Positions 12,130-26,328 of a DNA stretch of 64,000 bases are shown in pieces (the stretch's first letter is position 1; the number at the start of each line of letters is the position of its first letter). Made by a program: the position numbers and the translations under genes. The DNA is from Octopus sinensis (Eukaryota), in assembly GCF_006345805.1 (NCBI RefSeq), contig NC_043007.1, positions 71,176,001 to 71,240,000 on the forward strand, in the 5' to 3' direction. The notes below the pieces were generated by a model that was given only the letters and a program-made list of their open reading frames with translations, was not told the origin of the DNA and did not search any database.

Positions 12130-13150
12130 TTCTGCACTCTCAGAATCATGAAGGACCAGAAATATTTAGTAAAATAGAAGAGCCAATAAGATATTTGAAC
12201 ACCAACAAAACTGAAGGATTGTGAAATTGTGCAGTGGATGCAATAAATATATTTGAAAAAAACAAAAACAAACAAAAACTATGTTGAAAAAAATGATGGG
12301 ATTGCTGCCCCAAATCTGTCACTGATTTTATGTAAAGGGGAAATGGTCATCTCAGTGGTTAGATGCATTACAGAACTTTGTTGTTCAAAGACGAAATGTA
12401 GCATTTATCTAGCCATCAGCTTCATAAGCCACTTGAGTAAAATAATACTTTAATAGCTAAAACAACTAAAACTGTTGCATGCATGAAGGGAAATTAGTGA
12501 AAAACAAATAGAGTTAGTTCAAAAAAAAAAAAAGGTGACTACTGTTGAACTGATAACTAATGTAATAATCATTATTAAGAAATTTAGAGACCATCAACTG
12601 TAAACTTTAAAAGACTTTAACACTCTGTTAAAAGAAACTTCCAACAGTGTATAGAGAGAAGAAGAAGAGAAGGGTGGGGGAGGAGGAGGAGGAGAAGAAG
12701 AAGAAGAAGAAGTAGAAGAAGAAGAAGAAGAAGAGGAGGAGGCACAGTGGGGTATCACAAAGAAGTATAACATAACATTACTTTTAATTAGACAAGTAAA
12801 AACACCTGTCTGAGAAAAGTACTTGTAAAGTTTTGAACAACATCAAACAGTTTGGAATATACATTGGAAAGAGTTGAGTTTGTCCATTGTCAAAGAAGTG
12901 GCCAATCTTTTTCTTGAAAAGAGGCTCTAAAAGATTTTCATCAATCCAAGATTTACAGATGATGATTTGTTAGCTGGTTCTAAAGGCAGATTATCTGATA
13001 TCACAAGAAGATTAGCAACTTGCTTCAAGTGAATATAGTACAGGAATCAAATATAAAATTAGTCAAAGTAACACACTAAACAAACAAGGAACATGACCAG
13101 CCTAGATGAGGTACAAATTGATGATATAAACTCAGAGACAGAGGGTGCAT
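12130..13150 (+). mobile_element. Highly decayed RTE-clade LINE ORF2 fragments
   Basis: EGPEIFSKIEEPIRYLNTNKTEG (pre-RT EPEI..EVE.AI..L...K.PG-like) near 12150. NPRFTDDDLLAGSK (NLRFADD-like) near 12945. Confidence 0.55.
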
Positions 13151-14209
13151 TCTTTTACTGGGTCCTGTATTCAACAAAAATGTAACATGGTAGATAAATC
13201 TATAATAAAAGTATGTGTTGGTGTATTTGAGAGTATGTGTGTATATGTTTGCATATCTTTCTGTGTGTATATAGTAATTTTATCATGTTAAGCAGTCTTA
13301 ACAAGTAGTTTTGCTGAGGTTTTAATTAATATTGTAAGTACTGGCTCCAAAGTCTAATTTCACAAATATGCTTCTTTTCATTCAAAGAAACCAGATTGTT
13401 ACAAGTACTGTGAGAAAGTTGAAGGAGATTGATAACTAATAAAGGCAAAATGTCTCAGATACATCACAACAGAAATTAGAATATTCCAATACAATTACAG
13501 ATGGGGAAAATTCCGTGCTTTGGTTATAATTTAAAACAGAAGTATAAAATAGTATTAAAGAGGATATGTATGGTTCATAATATTATAGAAGGAAATAGTG
13601 TAGAAATATAGGGAGATAAGTGAAACTATCCATAATTATTTTGGCATCTGCAGAATAGTTTTTGGATATTGGAGCTGGATGGAGAGCTTTGTAAATAACA
13701 TTCTATGCAGAAGAGAATTGCAAAAGTTCAGAGGTGTAGAAAAGCTGTTAGCTGATAGCTATAGAGAAGAATTGTTGTCTTTAACTGGTTCTTGGTAGAA
13801 TCAGTTTTTAAGAGGGTTCATTTACTGTTCAGTGAATTGCTGTTGTTTCAAGGTTGTTGAGCGAGATGACATCACAGAAACCAGAAAATGAACTGTCAAA
13901 TTGCTGATGTGGTATTTCTTAAAAGAACTAAAGTGTCACATTTAGAGTGGAAAAGGGTATTAAATGAGCTACAGGTGAAAGTGACATAATGAGACAGATA
14001 TGGCACTTAAAGCTGAATTTTTGAGACAAATCACTCTTTTTATAGCAAACAATAATGGAAGACAGGTATATCAAGTGGCTGTTGTTGACTCAATGGAAAC
14101 TATAGAAGCAGATGTATTTTGTGAAAAATTTGAAGGAGCTTTGACAATAATAATAATAATGATTGTTTCAAATTCTGGCACAATGCCAGCAGTTTTGAGA
14201 GAGGGAGTA

Positions 14210-14361
14210 AGTCAATTATATCGACCCCAGTATTGAACTGAACTTATTTTGAATGAAAGGCAAAGTTGACCTCGGCGGAATTTGAACTCTGAACATAAAG
14301 ACAGATGATATACTGCCAAGTATTTTATCTGGTATGCTAAGGATCCTGCCAGGCTGCCACC

Positions 14362-14412
<51 letters not shown>

Positions 14413-14650
14413 TCAACAACAACAACAACAATAATCTTTCCAACAATAGGCACAAGTTCTAGAATTTGTGAGAAGGGGGACAGGCAATCACGTTGGCCCT
14501 ACTACTTAATTGGTACTTAATTTATCGACTCTGACAGGATGAAAGCTAAAGTCAACCTTAGCAGAATTTGAACTCAGAACATAAGGACAGATGAAATGCT
14601 GCTAAGCATTTCACCTGGTGTGCTAACGATTCTGCCAGCTCACCACCTTA
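14210..14650 (-). mobile_element. Two tandem SINE family B copies (14210-14363, ~14450-14650), each abutting (AAT)/(AAC)n
   Basis: Both contain GAAAGGCAAAGTTGACCTCGGCGGAATTTGAACTC-like B-box segments. Confidence 0.85.
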
Positions 14651-14689
14651 ACAACAACAACAACAATAATAATAATGATAATAACAATA

Positions 14690-14736
<47 letters not shown>

Positions 14737-15644
14737 AACCTCCTGCTCCTGCTCCCTACATTGAAGTTGCAAGACTAAAGAGTCTCCTCTTTGCATTATC
14801 GTCATTCATTCGCTTCTTTGCATACAGCTAGATGGTGGAAACAAGGATCAATGGAAAAGAGAAAGACAAAAAGATGAGAGTAAAGACGTGAGTAAGAATG
14901 TAATAGAAGGGTCAGTAGAAGAAGTGAGAGAGATAATGGTAGACATTTACCAGATAGTTTTTGTGGAAGGAAAGTACGTAGCTGAAAGGCAGCAAGATGA
15001 TGGTTGTTGGCAAGGAGATTGAATAGAAACAAATTGACTAAGAAGGTAATAGTAATGGGAGAAAGCCAAGCTGTGGCAGCAGAAGGTGGAATAATAGAGT
15101 AATAAAAGTACCCTATAAGATTAGAAAGTTTGTATTTATTCACTTAGGGTTATGAAGCAGAATAGAATAGAATAGAATAGAATGTCAGGAGAAGAACCAT
15201 GATGTGTGAGAGCATGAAGCAAAGTTGTAATGGACCAAACAGAATGATTAAAAGGAAAAAATGATGAATAGCTGGAGGTGATAGATTATGGATGTCGATA
15301 CCAGGGAGCTAGAGAAATGAGATGCTGGCATGGGTCAGGCAGGTCATTGTTGTTGCTCTCCTGATGAGGGATGAGGGAGTTACATCTCACTGGTTAATTT
15401 CATGTTTGTCTTGCTTTCTCAGCTGATTGTCCTTCCTAACAGCAGTCCCTTTACAGAATGTACATTGTGCATTTTTGTGGCACTACTTCTAGAGAAGAGA
15501 GAGACGAGAGAGTGCCAGATAACAAGAAAAAGGATGAGAGAGTGATGGATAGCAAGAGAGGGATGAATGATGGATGCCAATACCAAATGGCCTGGAGGAG
15601 GGTATTGGTCATGCATGGGATTCATGCAGGTCTAATGTGATCCA

Positions 15645-16370
15645 GGCGCAGGCATGGGTGTGTGGTTAGGGAGGTTGCTTCCTAGCTACATGGTATCAGG
15701 TTCAGTCCCACTGTGTGGCACTTTGGGCAAGTGTCTTCTACTATAGCCCCGAGTCGACCGAAGCTTTGTGATTGAATTCGGTAGGCGGAAGTTACTGCCG
15801 TGTGTGTATGTGTGCGTGTAGGTACTCAGTGCTTCTCCGAAAGAGAGAGAGAGGGGAGGGCCATAGAATGATAAAATTGTATATTTGTGGGTGTATATGT
15901 GTCTCTGTTCACCCCCACCACCACCACCACCACCACCACCACATACACCACTGTGCACTTAAGATAATTGCTTCCCAACTACATGGTTTCAGGTTCACTC
16001 CCACTGAATGGCACCTTGGGTAGTTGTCTTCTAGTATGCTCTGAAGTTGGCTCAAGCCTTGTGAGTGGAATTAGTGGACAGAAATTGAAAGAAGCCCCTC
16101 ATATATATGTGTGTGTATGTGTGTGATTATGTGTGATTGTGTCCCTTTGTCTTGACATCACATGATAGTTGTAAATAAGTGTCACTGTCAATGCAAGCAG
16201 TGCCCTTCATTTCCAATCTTCCATGAAAACATGTCAGGCCATAGAAAAACATTACCTTACATGCTGATAACTGAAGGTTAGTAACATCCAGCCATAGAAT
16301 TTCTGCTTCAGCCAATTCTATCCAATCCATGCAAGCATGGAAAAATGCATGTTAAAACAATGATGATCAT
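15645..16370 (+). mobile_element. Two SINE family C heads (15645-15800, 15955-16100); the second continues into a family A-like tail
   Basis: CAGGTTCAGTCCCACTGTGTGGCACTTTGGGCAAGTGTCTTCTACTATAGCC. The second copy ends CCAATCCATGCAAGCATGGAAAAATGCATGTTAAAACAATGATG. Confidence 0.75.
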
Positions 16371-16383
16371 ATGTATGTATACC

Positions 16384-16616
16384 TATTTCTTTATTACCCA
16401 CAAGGGGCTGAACATAGAGGGGACAAACATGGACAGACATAGGTATTAAGTCGATTATATCGACCCCAGTGCTTAACTGGTACTTAATTTACCGACCCCG
16501 AAAGGATGAAAGGCAAAGTCGACCTCGGCGGAATTTGAACTCACAACGTAACAGCAGACGAAATACCGCTAAGCATTTCGCCCGACGTGCTAACGATTCT
16601 GCTAGCTCGCCGCCTT
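16384..16616 (-). mobile_element. Full-length, well-preserved tRNA-derived SINE family B
   Basis: Minus strand reads GGCGGCGAGCTAGCAGAATCGTTAGCACG...GAGTTCAAATTCCGCCGAGGTCGAC (A/B-box-like). Near-identical copies lie at 46086 and 61341. Confidence 0.9.
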
Positions 16617-17509
16617 TTATGTATGTATACCCATGTGTGTACATACACACTCACACATTTACATGAGGTTCTTGTACAAAAAAAGCAACAAAAAAAACAA
16701 AAAGAAAAACAGAGGCAGGTGAGGGCACCAGACACAAGGAGTATTACTTTGATGTTCATTCTTTCTTCACTGCCTGTCTTTTGTTTTTTGTTATTTTGTA
16801 AAATTTTGACTTATGCATAATATATGCTCATGTGGTCACCCAAGTTTGATCCTTCCTGACTGAAGTTCCTCCTCTCTTGGGCCCTCATCTCCTTTCCAAC
16901 ATTCTTCTCTGACCTTTGCCACTACTTTCTGAACCACTTTACCACATTTCCAATGGGATTACTATTGGAACTTTATACCTCTTGTAGTCTATCGTCATAG
17001 GTCTTAATGTGCCCCATTGTTAGTATATTTGTGTGTGTGTGTGTGGTGTGTGTGTGTGTGTGTGTTTGTGTGTGTGTATAAGTGTGAAAATAACTATCAC
17101 ATTGACAGCATGGAAGATAAAATATCTGATGAATAGATAGAATCTTTGAAACATCAAAGAAAATACCTGGCAGAATTTGTTCCATTTGTTTGCATTTTAC
17201 TTTCAGATACCTCCAAATCAACTTTGCCTTTCAATTTTCCACAGGGATAAAATAAAGCGCCAATCCATGGTGGTGATATTGCAGACTTATTAGTGCCAGA
17301 CGAAATATTTTGTGGGTGTTTGTTCCAATTCTTTGAATTCTGAGTGCCCTTGCAAGTGTGGCATAATTTGCATAATTCTTGCCTAGAAAATGTTATCTTG
17401 CTAAAACTATCTCAAACAATATGATGTTAAATCTCCTTCATGGTTTTCCCTCATAAAGTCCTCAATGAACACCAAATTCTTGTCAAAGAATCTTCCAAGG
17501 GTTTTTTAA

Positions 17510-17719
17510 CCCTTTCATTACTGTAGTTATTTTCAGATGCTCTCTGTTTCTTTCAATATAACAAAGAATTTAGTAAAATAACTTAGTTATAATTAAGCTA
17601 GTGTTAAGTACATAGATTGTGACTAAGGTTTGGTGGAAGATATTTATACAAAACTTATGAAAACAAGACATTTGTACTTAGAGCCAGAGCCGGTTTCAGC
17701 CGGGTTGGTAACGAAAGGG
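17510..17719. mobile_element. TTAA-flanked piggyBac-type MITE (second family)
   Basis: TTAA|CCCTTTCATTAC ... GTAACGAAAGGG|TTAA, an 11/12 TIR match. Confidence 0.8.
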
Positions 17720-18127
17720 TTAATTGCCCTCATTGTTCCATAAAGATACATTCTGGTATTTCCACAAGTCTTTATTTTATGAGGTTTTTCTTTTGAACTG
17801 TGTTCCATGTTTATTTTGCAGACTCATGTCACATTCTCTAAATATCCTAAGTTATTGGTTTACCATTTATTGAACACTTTCTGGGTAAAATACTACTGAT
17901 TAGATAAGTCAGAATATGCTGCATTCAATAAATGTATGCTTGAATCCTGTAAATATATATGTACATACATATATGTATTTGTATGTATACATACATATAA
18001 AACATGCAAACACACGCATACCCACAAACACACTCACACATTCATACACATTCACACACACATACAACCATATGTGTGTGTGTGTGTGTGTATATATACA
18101 CACATACACATACATAGATGTCTCAAA

Positions 18128-18286
18128 CCCACTAGTGTATTGGGAGGGGTGGGCAGTTCGCCCCAGGCGGCACTTTTACAGGGGTCACTTTTGGGTCTGC
18201 TGTAGGCAGTATGTGTTTTTTGCGGGATCCAGGGGTGGCAAACGGAAGGGCCGCCCCGAGTGGCACACACTGTAGCTACGCTAATG
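18128..18286. mobile_element. GC-rich short insertion, probably a degenerate MITE
   Basis: Local GC island with two CGCCCC.G(G/T)GGCAC boxes and a terminal TAGCTACGCTAATG. The TIRs are poorly preserved. Confidence 0.4.
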
Positions 18287-18786
18287 CAAGCATGGGAAAA
18301 GTGGATGATGTTGATATCATATCATATAGTGTGTGTGTGTGTGTATGTGTGTGTGTATGTGTGTGTGTGTGTGTTTAATTTGAATTTTATATATACATGA
18401 TATAATTATATAATTTGCTTCCCTGTATATATGATGTATGAAAAATTGATATGTATGTATATATATATATATACATATCTGAGTGTTACAATTGTTGTTA
18501 TTTCTATTCTGAGTCTGTATCACCGAGATGCTGTTATTTCAATGTTATTAGCACTGCATATACTGTTATTGCATTCTATATGTTACCACTTTCTCTCCTC
18601 ATCACGGACTGCTTTTTCTTCTATCTATCTTTTTCTCTAGTTTTCCTTCCATCTAATCTATCAGTTCATCCATCCAGCTAATCTGTTTGCTCACCCATCC
18701 AGCTAATCTATGTATTGATCCATCTTACTGTTCTTCCAGCCATTTGCCTTACTATGTATTTGCTTCTGCATCTATCAATCTATCTG

Positions 18787-18858
<72 letters not shown>

Positions 18859-19695
18859 CCTACCTATCTACCTGTCTGTCTATTTATCTATCTATCTGTC
18901 TATCTATCTTCCTGCTTTTTTTTCTTTTTCTCCCTGCCTGCTTCTTTCCTTCCTTATCACTTATTGACTTGTCTCTCTCCTTCTGATATGTCTGTTTGTC
19001 TGCCTGTCTGTCCTTGTTATTTTTCAGTCATTGCAAGAAGTCTCCTGTGATGAATGAATCTATATCTGATTGTAATCTTAAGTGTTTACTGTTTAGTAAA
19101 AAAAAAAAGTGGGGGGAGAGGAAAGGAAAAAAACAAAAAAACAAAAAAAACTATTTTCATGTTGTTTTCTCTCAATAAAAATAGATGTGAGCAATCAAGT
19201 TGCTTCGACTGAAATCATTCAAAAATCTTGCCTCGTTACAAATGAGCTTTACTATTTACACTTTGATGGAATTACTCTCGTCTTCTCTTTCTTCTTCATG
19301 TACCTCCTTGCTTTTTTCCTTTCACAGACTATTAGCAAAACTAAACATCTCTTATATGGATTAGCCTTCATCCTGGCTACTATTATTTCTCTTAATAATC
19401 ACTGTTATCTGAAAAACAGCTTTTTGTTTTTATATATATATTTTATATTTTCTTGTGTTTATATCTCAGTGGCATGAATGATGGCAATTGGGGTGGAGTG
19501 GGGGCAGGGGCTACAAGAGGTAAAAAGAAAATGAAAGTGAAAATTAAAAATTGAGATAAGGGAAAAGATTTACAATAAAATAATTTGACTAAGGCCCTTT
19601 CCTCCCACCAGTACCTGACTTATCCCCTTTAAAATAGAAGATAAATTATTTATTTATACTAAATCTCCATTGATTAACTAAGGGCTCACTCTTAC

Positions 19696-20593
19696 TCTTT
19701 ATATGCTGTTTGTTATTGTTGTTGTTGTTGTTGTTGTTGTTGTTACTGTGTGTGTTCCAGCAACGATTGCTGTCTTGTTTGATAATATCCCTCTAATGAT
19801 CTGAGGATGATATGCAGGATGATGAGAGAGAGTAATAGTGAGAGGAGATAGTTAGGAGAGAGAAGAGAACGCCAGCACCGGCAACTACTGCTTATCATAC
19901 AGCATGATTGCAGCTCTGTGATGATGGTGGCGTAGGGGAAGATATTACAGCTCTCTCAGTATCAGACAACTGTTTCAGTGCACCTACTGCTGCTGCTGCT
20001 GCTGCTGATACTGATGCTGGTGCTGCTGCTGCTGCTGCTGATGCTGCTGTGCTTGCTGCTAACACTGCCACAGTTTTTCAGTAGTGTTGTAAGAGGGTGC
20101 AGTTATTAGTGGAACAGATTTCACTCAACTTTCACGACTGGTGAAATAATGAAGAGGAGGCTTCAGTCTTGAAAATGAGCACCAAGTCTGGGATGAAGGT
20201 GTGGGCCAGGAGTGAAACACAGAAAGGCATCAGAGAGAAACCTGCTCAAGGTACAAGTGTGATGGCTCCACTTAGAAAAACAGTACGACCAATACCAGTA
20301 CTAACACGTTCATCTTCTGTTTGCATGATACGATTAACCACACCAACATCACCAGCAGCAACAACAACAACAACAACACTGCCTCTACCAGAGCTATGGA
20401 CCATATCGGTACCTGTTCCCTACCTGATCAACAGCTGGCCACAATTTCTCACCAAAAGACTGCGATAAATTGCTCCTACTCGACAAGCATTAGCCCCTAT
20501 TATACATATCAAAGGTAATCCCACGCTTGATTATTCACTAATGGATCCTCAGGTTATTTGTCGTCTTCTTCTAAAGGTTCAACATTCTCAATA
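19696..20593 (-). other. Candidate host-gene exon (unique sequence with CAG/CAA triplet runs)
   Basis: On the minus strand it is bounded by acceptor TTCCTGTTGTTTCAG| (20594) and donor AAGA|GTAAGA (19695). It has no TE similarity that I recognise and no uninterrupted long ORF. Confidence 0.3.
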
Positions 20594-21068
20594 CTGAAAC
20601 AACAGGAATGCTTTTTATTGGATTTTACTGATGGTCAAACTCTGGAATTCTATATAACTGCTGCTGCTGTAATTATTCCTTGATTGGTGGAAATTATACT
20701 CTCTCCTGGTTCTATCTTGTTCTCTTCATTTGGTATTTCATTTATACATCTCATACAACATTTTTTCTTCTATTACAAATTGTTACCCCACATTTTTTTT
20801 TTTGCTTTTGATTCCTCACAATCCATTTTATTCTACATCCTTCATCCTTCCAATCATAAACCCTTTAAGACTGTTATCACTTGCTGTATTGATCTTCTTC
20901 TTCTTAGACAAGCTTATCAAATTGATAACATAGATCTCTTTGCCTGTCTTCTTCCTACATATAAAACATATATGTATGTGTATATTTGTATATATATTTG
21001 GGAGTGTGTGTGTGTGTGTATATATATAGATATAGATGTATAAATAGATAGGAAGACATCTGCATGCA

Positions 21069-21325
<257 letters not shown>

Positions 21326-21902
21326 AATATCTATATCTATATATATATACATATAAATATAGCCAAAAAAAATCAATGTGTGTATACATGTGTGTGTGTT
21401 ATGGTACATGCATGTGTGTACTTGTTTGCATGTGTTTACACATATTAACATACATTACATACTCACACGCACTCACACACACACATACACACACATACAC
21501 ACACACATTCATGCCTAAGTTACATAAATAGATGTGAGTCTAAATATGTGTTTCATTGAATCCTCTGTTCTCTTTATGAACGACACATGGACATATGAAT
21601 ATATAAAGCAACCCTATTGATTTTGCTGTTATTATTACATAGAGAGAGAGAAAACAAATTGTTTCTTTTTACATATAAACACTTGCCAATACATGCACAC
21701 GCTTACGCACGCGTGCACACACACTCACACACTCACACACACACACACACTGATGCGCATGTACACAGACTCATATAAATACATACATACACACATTACC
21801 ACATGTAATGTTTATTTTACCGTTATTTTCATACCACGATTATACAATAATATATATATTATTGTAGTACGCACACACACTCACACACACATACACACAC
21901 AC

Positions 21903-21984
<82 letters not shown>

Positions 21985-22171
21985 ACACTTGTAGCAGTTT
22001 GTGTTTTAGTGAACATCCCTGCTTTATATTATATTTGGAAAGGCAGCTAAACTATATAATTTAAATTATCTTAAATCTTTGTTTTCTGTCTGTCTCTCTC
22101 TCTCTCTCTGTGTCTCTCTCTCTCTCTCTGTCTCTCTCTCTCTTCCTTTTTCTTTCTCTCTTGCTCCCTCA

Positions 22172-22206
<35 letters not shown>

Positions 22207-22327
22207 TATTCTTTCTCTCTCTATCTGTTGTTATTACTTTCTGTTTCTATCTGTGTCTAAGTGTCTATGTATGTATGTATGTGTGTATGTTTGTATGTAT
22301 GTACATATCTATCTATCTATCTATTTA

Positions 22328-22427
<100 letters not shown>

Positions 22428-23299
22428 CCTACATGTCTATCTATTTGTATCTATATTTCTCTTTCTCTCTCTCTGTCTCTCTCTCTCTCTCTGTCTCTGT
22501 CTCTCTCTCTTTCACTATCTATCTCTTTCTTCCTCTCTCTCCTCCTCTCTCCTTTTATCTCTGTATATCTATGTATTATAGTGACCCTCCACCACACTTA
22601 TAAATCATTTTTTTTTTAATTGTAATAGAAATAAATTGGAGCTTATTAACAGTCTCACAGCCATGTCTCTACCTCATGTTCACTACGCAGTAGTGAAGCA
22701 TCTATTTGTCATTTGAATGTTTAAAAAAAAATGACACTTATTTCTAATTATGACGGGAGGGTTTCTATCAAAGAATGAAAAAAAGAAAAAAATGAACAAC
22801 AAAAATTTAGTGAGGAATTCTTTGAAAAATGTAGAATTTGGGAAAACTGTTCCAGGGTAGAAATTGAATATTGAGAGTCAAAGAAAAATAGTTACATAAA
22901 AACAAGTCAGTTTTTCCAACATTATAAAGGAGTTTTGTCCATCGATCAATGGCATATATGTTCTGTACCACATTTTTAGTTGGAACTTCACAATCTTGGT
23001 TGAGATATTCATACTATTAACTAACCTTCTTTTACATTCTTTTGTGTATATTTTTCATGCTTTATTTATTTATTTATTCTTTTTCTTCCTTTCTCTAACA
23101 GTTACAAACAGGTTCTTCTTAAACATGGACAGTTCCTTCTCCAGTGACTGTCGACTGGTAGCTTGTACGTGTGTGTGTGTGTGTATGGTCATGTGTGTGA
23201 TGGTTGTATATTTCTTTGAGTGTGTGTGTAAATATGTATGCATTATTAAAAGGAAGTGGTATATATATATATGTGAATATATATATGAATATATATATA

Positions 23300-23343
<44 letters not shown>

Positions 23344-23387
23344 ATATATATATATATATTCATATATATATATGTGAATATTATATA

Positions 23388-23425
<38 letters not shown>

Positions 23426-23567
23426 TAGCAAAATTTAGATTCAGATGAATATGGTACTTAAGTCAAAGGCACCAGAATTTAGTATGGTATTATCCATATA
23501 AATCAAATGAGGTGATTATAATCAAAATACCTTGGATATACGTGTTGCTTATTTTAATATATTATAT

Positions 23568-23599
<32 letters not shown>

Positions 23600-24319
23600 T
23601 ATATATAAGTGTTTGTCTATATATATATAAATACACACACACACACATATGTGTGTGTATTGTGTAACATGAAAAATATCTGTTAGTAAACACACATGCT
23701 TAACAAAAAGGACAGTTACACATATGCATACAAGTGCACACGCATGCACACACACACACACACACACACATACTCACGCAAACATTGTGACTGTCTGAAA
23801 ACTGTTTTTGTATGCCAGGATTATTTGACATCTTTGCCTTTCCCAGTTTCATACAAATTGATTATTTGTATCAAACCAGTATAGGTGTGTGTGTGTGTAT
23901 GTGCATGCTCTATAATATGTACATATATGTGTTTATGTGTGTTTGTGTATTTGTGTATCGCAAGTGTTATTTCATATATTTAGCTTTTGTTTATTCATAT
24001 ACATGTATGTATGTATGTATGTATGTATGTATGTATGTATGTATGTATAATATATATATATATATATTGTTTTGTGTGTATATTTATATATGGGTTTTTT
24101 AATGAGTCCAGGCAAATAACATCAGTTTATATTTTGTGGTGTGGGTTTTCATGGGGTTTTAAAATTTAATTGTAGACTTTCCAGGAAGACTTCTTATATA
24201 ATGTTTATGAAGATCGGTTGTCACTAGTAGATTCCTCCAGCTACAAACCTGTCGAAGTGCTTTATACTTCACTAGTATGATTTTTAAATACTATATATCG
24301 ATGCCCGTCTATGCATGCA

Positions 24320-24350
<31 letters not shown>

Positions 24351-24588
24351 ATAACAGGAGAAAAACATGCTTGTTAGTATAAATACATAGATACATGTTT
24401 GTCTATGGACACAGAGAAACATGTATATATGTGTAAGTGTTATGTGTGTCATCTGTGTGTGTGTGTGTATTATGAACTTATACAATACAATTTAAAATTG
24501 CTTGGTGCATAACTAGATTTAGAACTCCAACTGAACATTTATATATCTCAAAAGAAAACATGTGTGTGTATATGTATCTATATATATA

Positions 24589-24622
<34 letters not shown>

Positions 24623-24624
24623 CT

Positions 24625-24672
<48 letters not shown>

Positions 24673-25026
24673 TGTTTGTTTCTATGTTCACACTTTTGCA
24701 GACCACAAATTTATTATTATACAAACATGTTGTCAACAACGTTTTCATATCAGAATTTATATATATATATATTATATATATCATCATCATCATCATCATC
24801 ATCATCATCGTTTAACGTCCGTTTTCCGCGCTATAAACATATTTAGTTATTTATATATATATATATGTACACCATACAGAAACACATAGAGACATCTAGA
24901 AAATTCCAGTGACACGGTGTGTGTCAACAAGAAGCTATAATAAAGGACACTTATGAAGATGTCTTCAAGTGAGACCAAACTTAGAGCCACGTGGCTGCAA
25001 AAACTACTTAACACATAGACATGCTT

Positions 25027-25071
<45 letters not shown>

Positions 25072-25154
25072 CTCTCTCTCTCTCTCTCTTTCTCATAAAC
25101 ACACACACACATAGGTACACATAGATTGATATGCTCTTACATGAATGTGTGTGT

Positions 25155-25246
<92 letters not shown>

Positions 25247-25366
25247 TATATACATATATGTATATAGTGTGTATTATATATTTTATATGCTATATTCAAC
25301 ACACACTCACACATTCCTAGGCAGATACATTGAAAATAACTTAATAAGTAATATGTATTGAATGCA

Positions 25367-25408
<42 letters not shown>

Positions 25409-25444
25409 TGTGTGCATGTATGTTTGTATGTTTTAGTGCACATC

Positions 25445-25640
25445 ATTATCTTTTAATAGCCATGTTGGCTTAGGTTGAATGGTTTACAGTATGTATTGAG
25501 TCTAAAGACTGCACCAGGTTCCATTGTCTGTTTTGGCATAGTTTCTAAGGCTAGATGCCCTTCCTAATGCCAACCACTTCACTGAGTATAACTGAGTGTT
25601 TAATTTTTTTTATGGTACCAGCATTAGTGAGGTTACCATG
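25445..25640 (-). mobile_element. Diverged family A copy
   Basis: GGCTAGATGCCCTTCCTAATGCCAACCAC core. Confidence 0.65.
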
Positions 25641-26328
25641 TAAATTATAAAACTAAGATCCCATTTGGCTGAGTAGAATTACAGTAAAGAGAGGGCCTCT
25701 TTATACTAGGGCATGAGGGGTTAAAGTATGAGTGAAGGGGCCAGAACATAATAGGTTTCTTGGTATTAAGAAGCTCCACAAATACTCAGAGAGGGTAGGA
25801 GTGGTTGGGGTAGAAGTATTGAGAGAGTTAAAAATAGTGATGCTGAAGTTTCAGGGTGGACCCTCAAGATATAAGGGTAGTAGAAGTGAGTGAGGACAAG
25901 GTAACAGAAAATGTGGACAGGCAGAGGTTGCAATAGTATATAGAAGAGAGTGAGGGATAGTTAGAGATGTGGAATGTGTGAGAAGGTGATTATTATGAAG
26001 AGTAAATGAATAATAAGTCGGAAAGTTATGAACTAGCGAAGAGTAGGTGACAACTGTAGAAATTGGGTTGGGTTGGAGGATGGGTATGAGGGGGTGGGGA
26101 AGGTAGGGAAAAGGAGAAGACAGTCAGTAATATTTTGTGAAGTCTTGTCATGTTAACTTTCTATAAAATACTATTTTACTCTATATTCGGTATTCAAGTT
26201 AAATATGTATGCATGTGTGTGTGTGTGTAATATTTATATATATATCTATATCTCTCTTTCTCTCTCTATATATATATATATGTGTGTGTGTGTGTATATG
26301 TGTGTGTGTAATATATGTGTGTGCATGT

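Noticed and set aside
12101-12219. Apparent minus-strand exon with ATG (MVESAFRGE|GTAACG)
   Set aside because: It is antisense to a plus-strand RTE LINE relic (EGPEIFSKIEEPI).
14800-15640. Purine-rich blocks (also 13400-14140, 17160-17900, 25640-26150, 28400-28700) suspected to be old LINE remnants
   Set aside because: Only vague motif echoes were seen, too degraded to assign class or boundaries without a profile search.
16540-16616. tRNA-like sequences at SINE B, C and D heads
   Set aside because: They have only A/B-box similarity fused to SINE bodies, with no complete cloverleaf or acceptor stem.
20169-20468. 99-aa plus-strand ORF MKMSTKSG... as a stand-alone gene
   Set aside because: It has no recognisable domain, and triplet-rich sequence gives protein-like reads in several frames. 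It is kept only within the exon-island finding.
22672-22700. Short hairpins TTCACTAC-GCA-GTAGTGAA and TGTTGACA..TGTCAACA (~47402)
   Set aside because: 8-bp stems are expected by chance in 64 kb of AT-rich DNA. They are not terminators in a eukaryotic context.
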